Assembly (NCBI RefSeq): GCF_002571385.2
Contig: NW_019217946.1
Span: 495,133 to 559,132 of the forward strand
Direction of reading: 5' to 3'
Source of the DNA: Stylophora pistillata
Taxonomy: Eukaryota
DNA: 64,000 bases
The notes under the pieces are model-generated. The model was not told the DNA's origin. It was given only the letters and a program-made list of their open reading frames with translations, and searched no databases. The position numbers were made by a program, and so were the translations under genes. Shown here piece by piece: positions 63,801 through 64,000 of this stretch (the stretch's first letter is position 1; every line of letters begins with the position of its first letter).

Positions 63801-64000
63801 CCCCCAAGGTCTTGTTCCCACAGTTTTCCTTCACTATACATGTATCTCAGTCTAAGAATCTTTTGTTGCATCGATCATTCAGTACACTTTTGCAATGACT
63901 GCAGAAATTCTTACACCCTAATTGTCTAATTTTTTTTGTCAATAGGTCGACAGACACATGAATTTATAATTTAAATGCATTGTTGACACAACAGGCAAGA

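Overview
Eukaryotic draft-assembly sequence with GT-AG introns, AT-rich composition and 5 N-gaps (4300-4526, 34528-34555, 46803-46813, 53269-54070, 58917-59282). The repeat repertoire looks like a stony coral, possibly pocilloporid; this is inferred from remembered repeat families, not from a search. Most of the window is a head-to-tail minus-strand tandem array, about 10 kb per unit, of at least seven paralogous multi-exon genes that I reconstructed by hand from splice sites and cross-paralog conservation. Subfamily A comprises A0 (partial, at the left edge), A1, A2 and A3. Subfamily B comprises B1, B2 (disrupted) and B3 (death-domain exon not in the window). Both encode an N-terminal death domain, a variable linker, a shared ~105-aa all-helical domain that I cannot assign to any named family, and a short tail. 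The linker is built from modular phase-0 coiled-coil exons in A and from a small beta-rich module in B. kappaB- and ISRE-like motifs lie upstream of A3. The array carries many mobile elements: CR1/L2-group LINEs, a tRNA/V-type SINE, hAT-, Kolobok- and piggyBac-type MITEs, a truncated Kolobok/Mutator-like transposase, an ISL2EU-type element, a Harbinger accessory-gene relic, fold-back hairpin elements and Penelope-type hammerhead-ribozyme relics, one with an apparently complete core. All gene models are manual predictions without transcript evidence.
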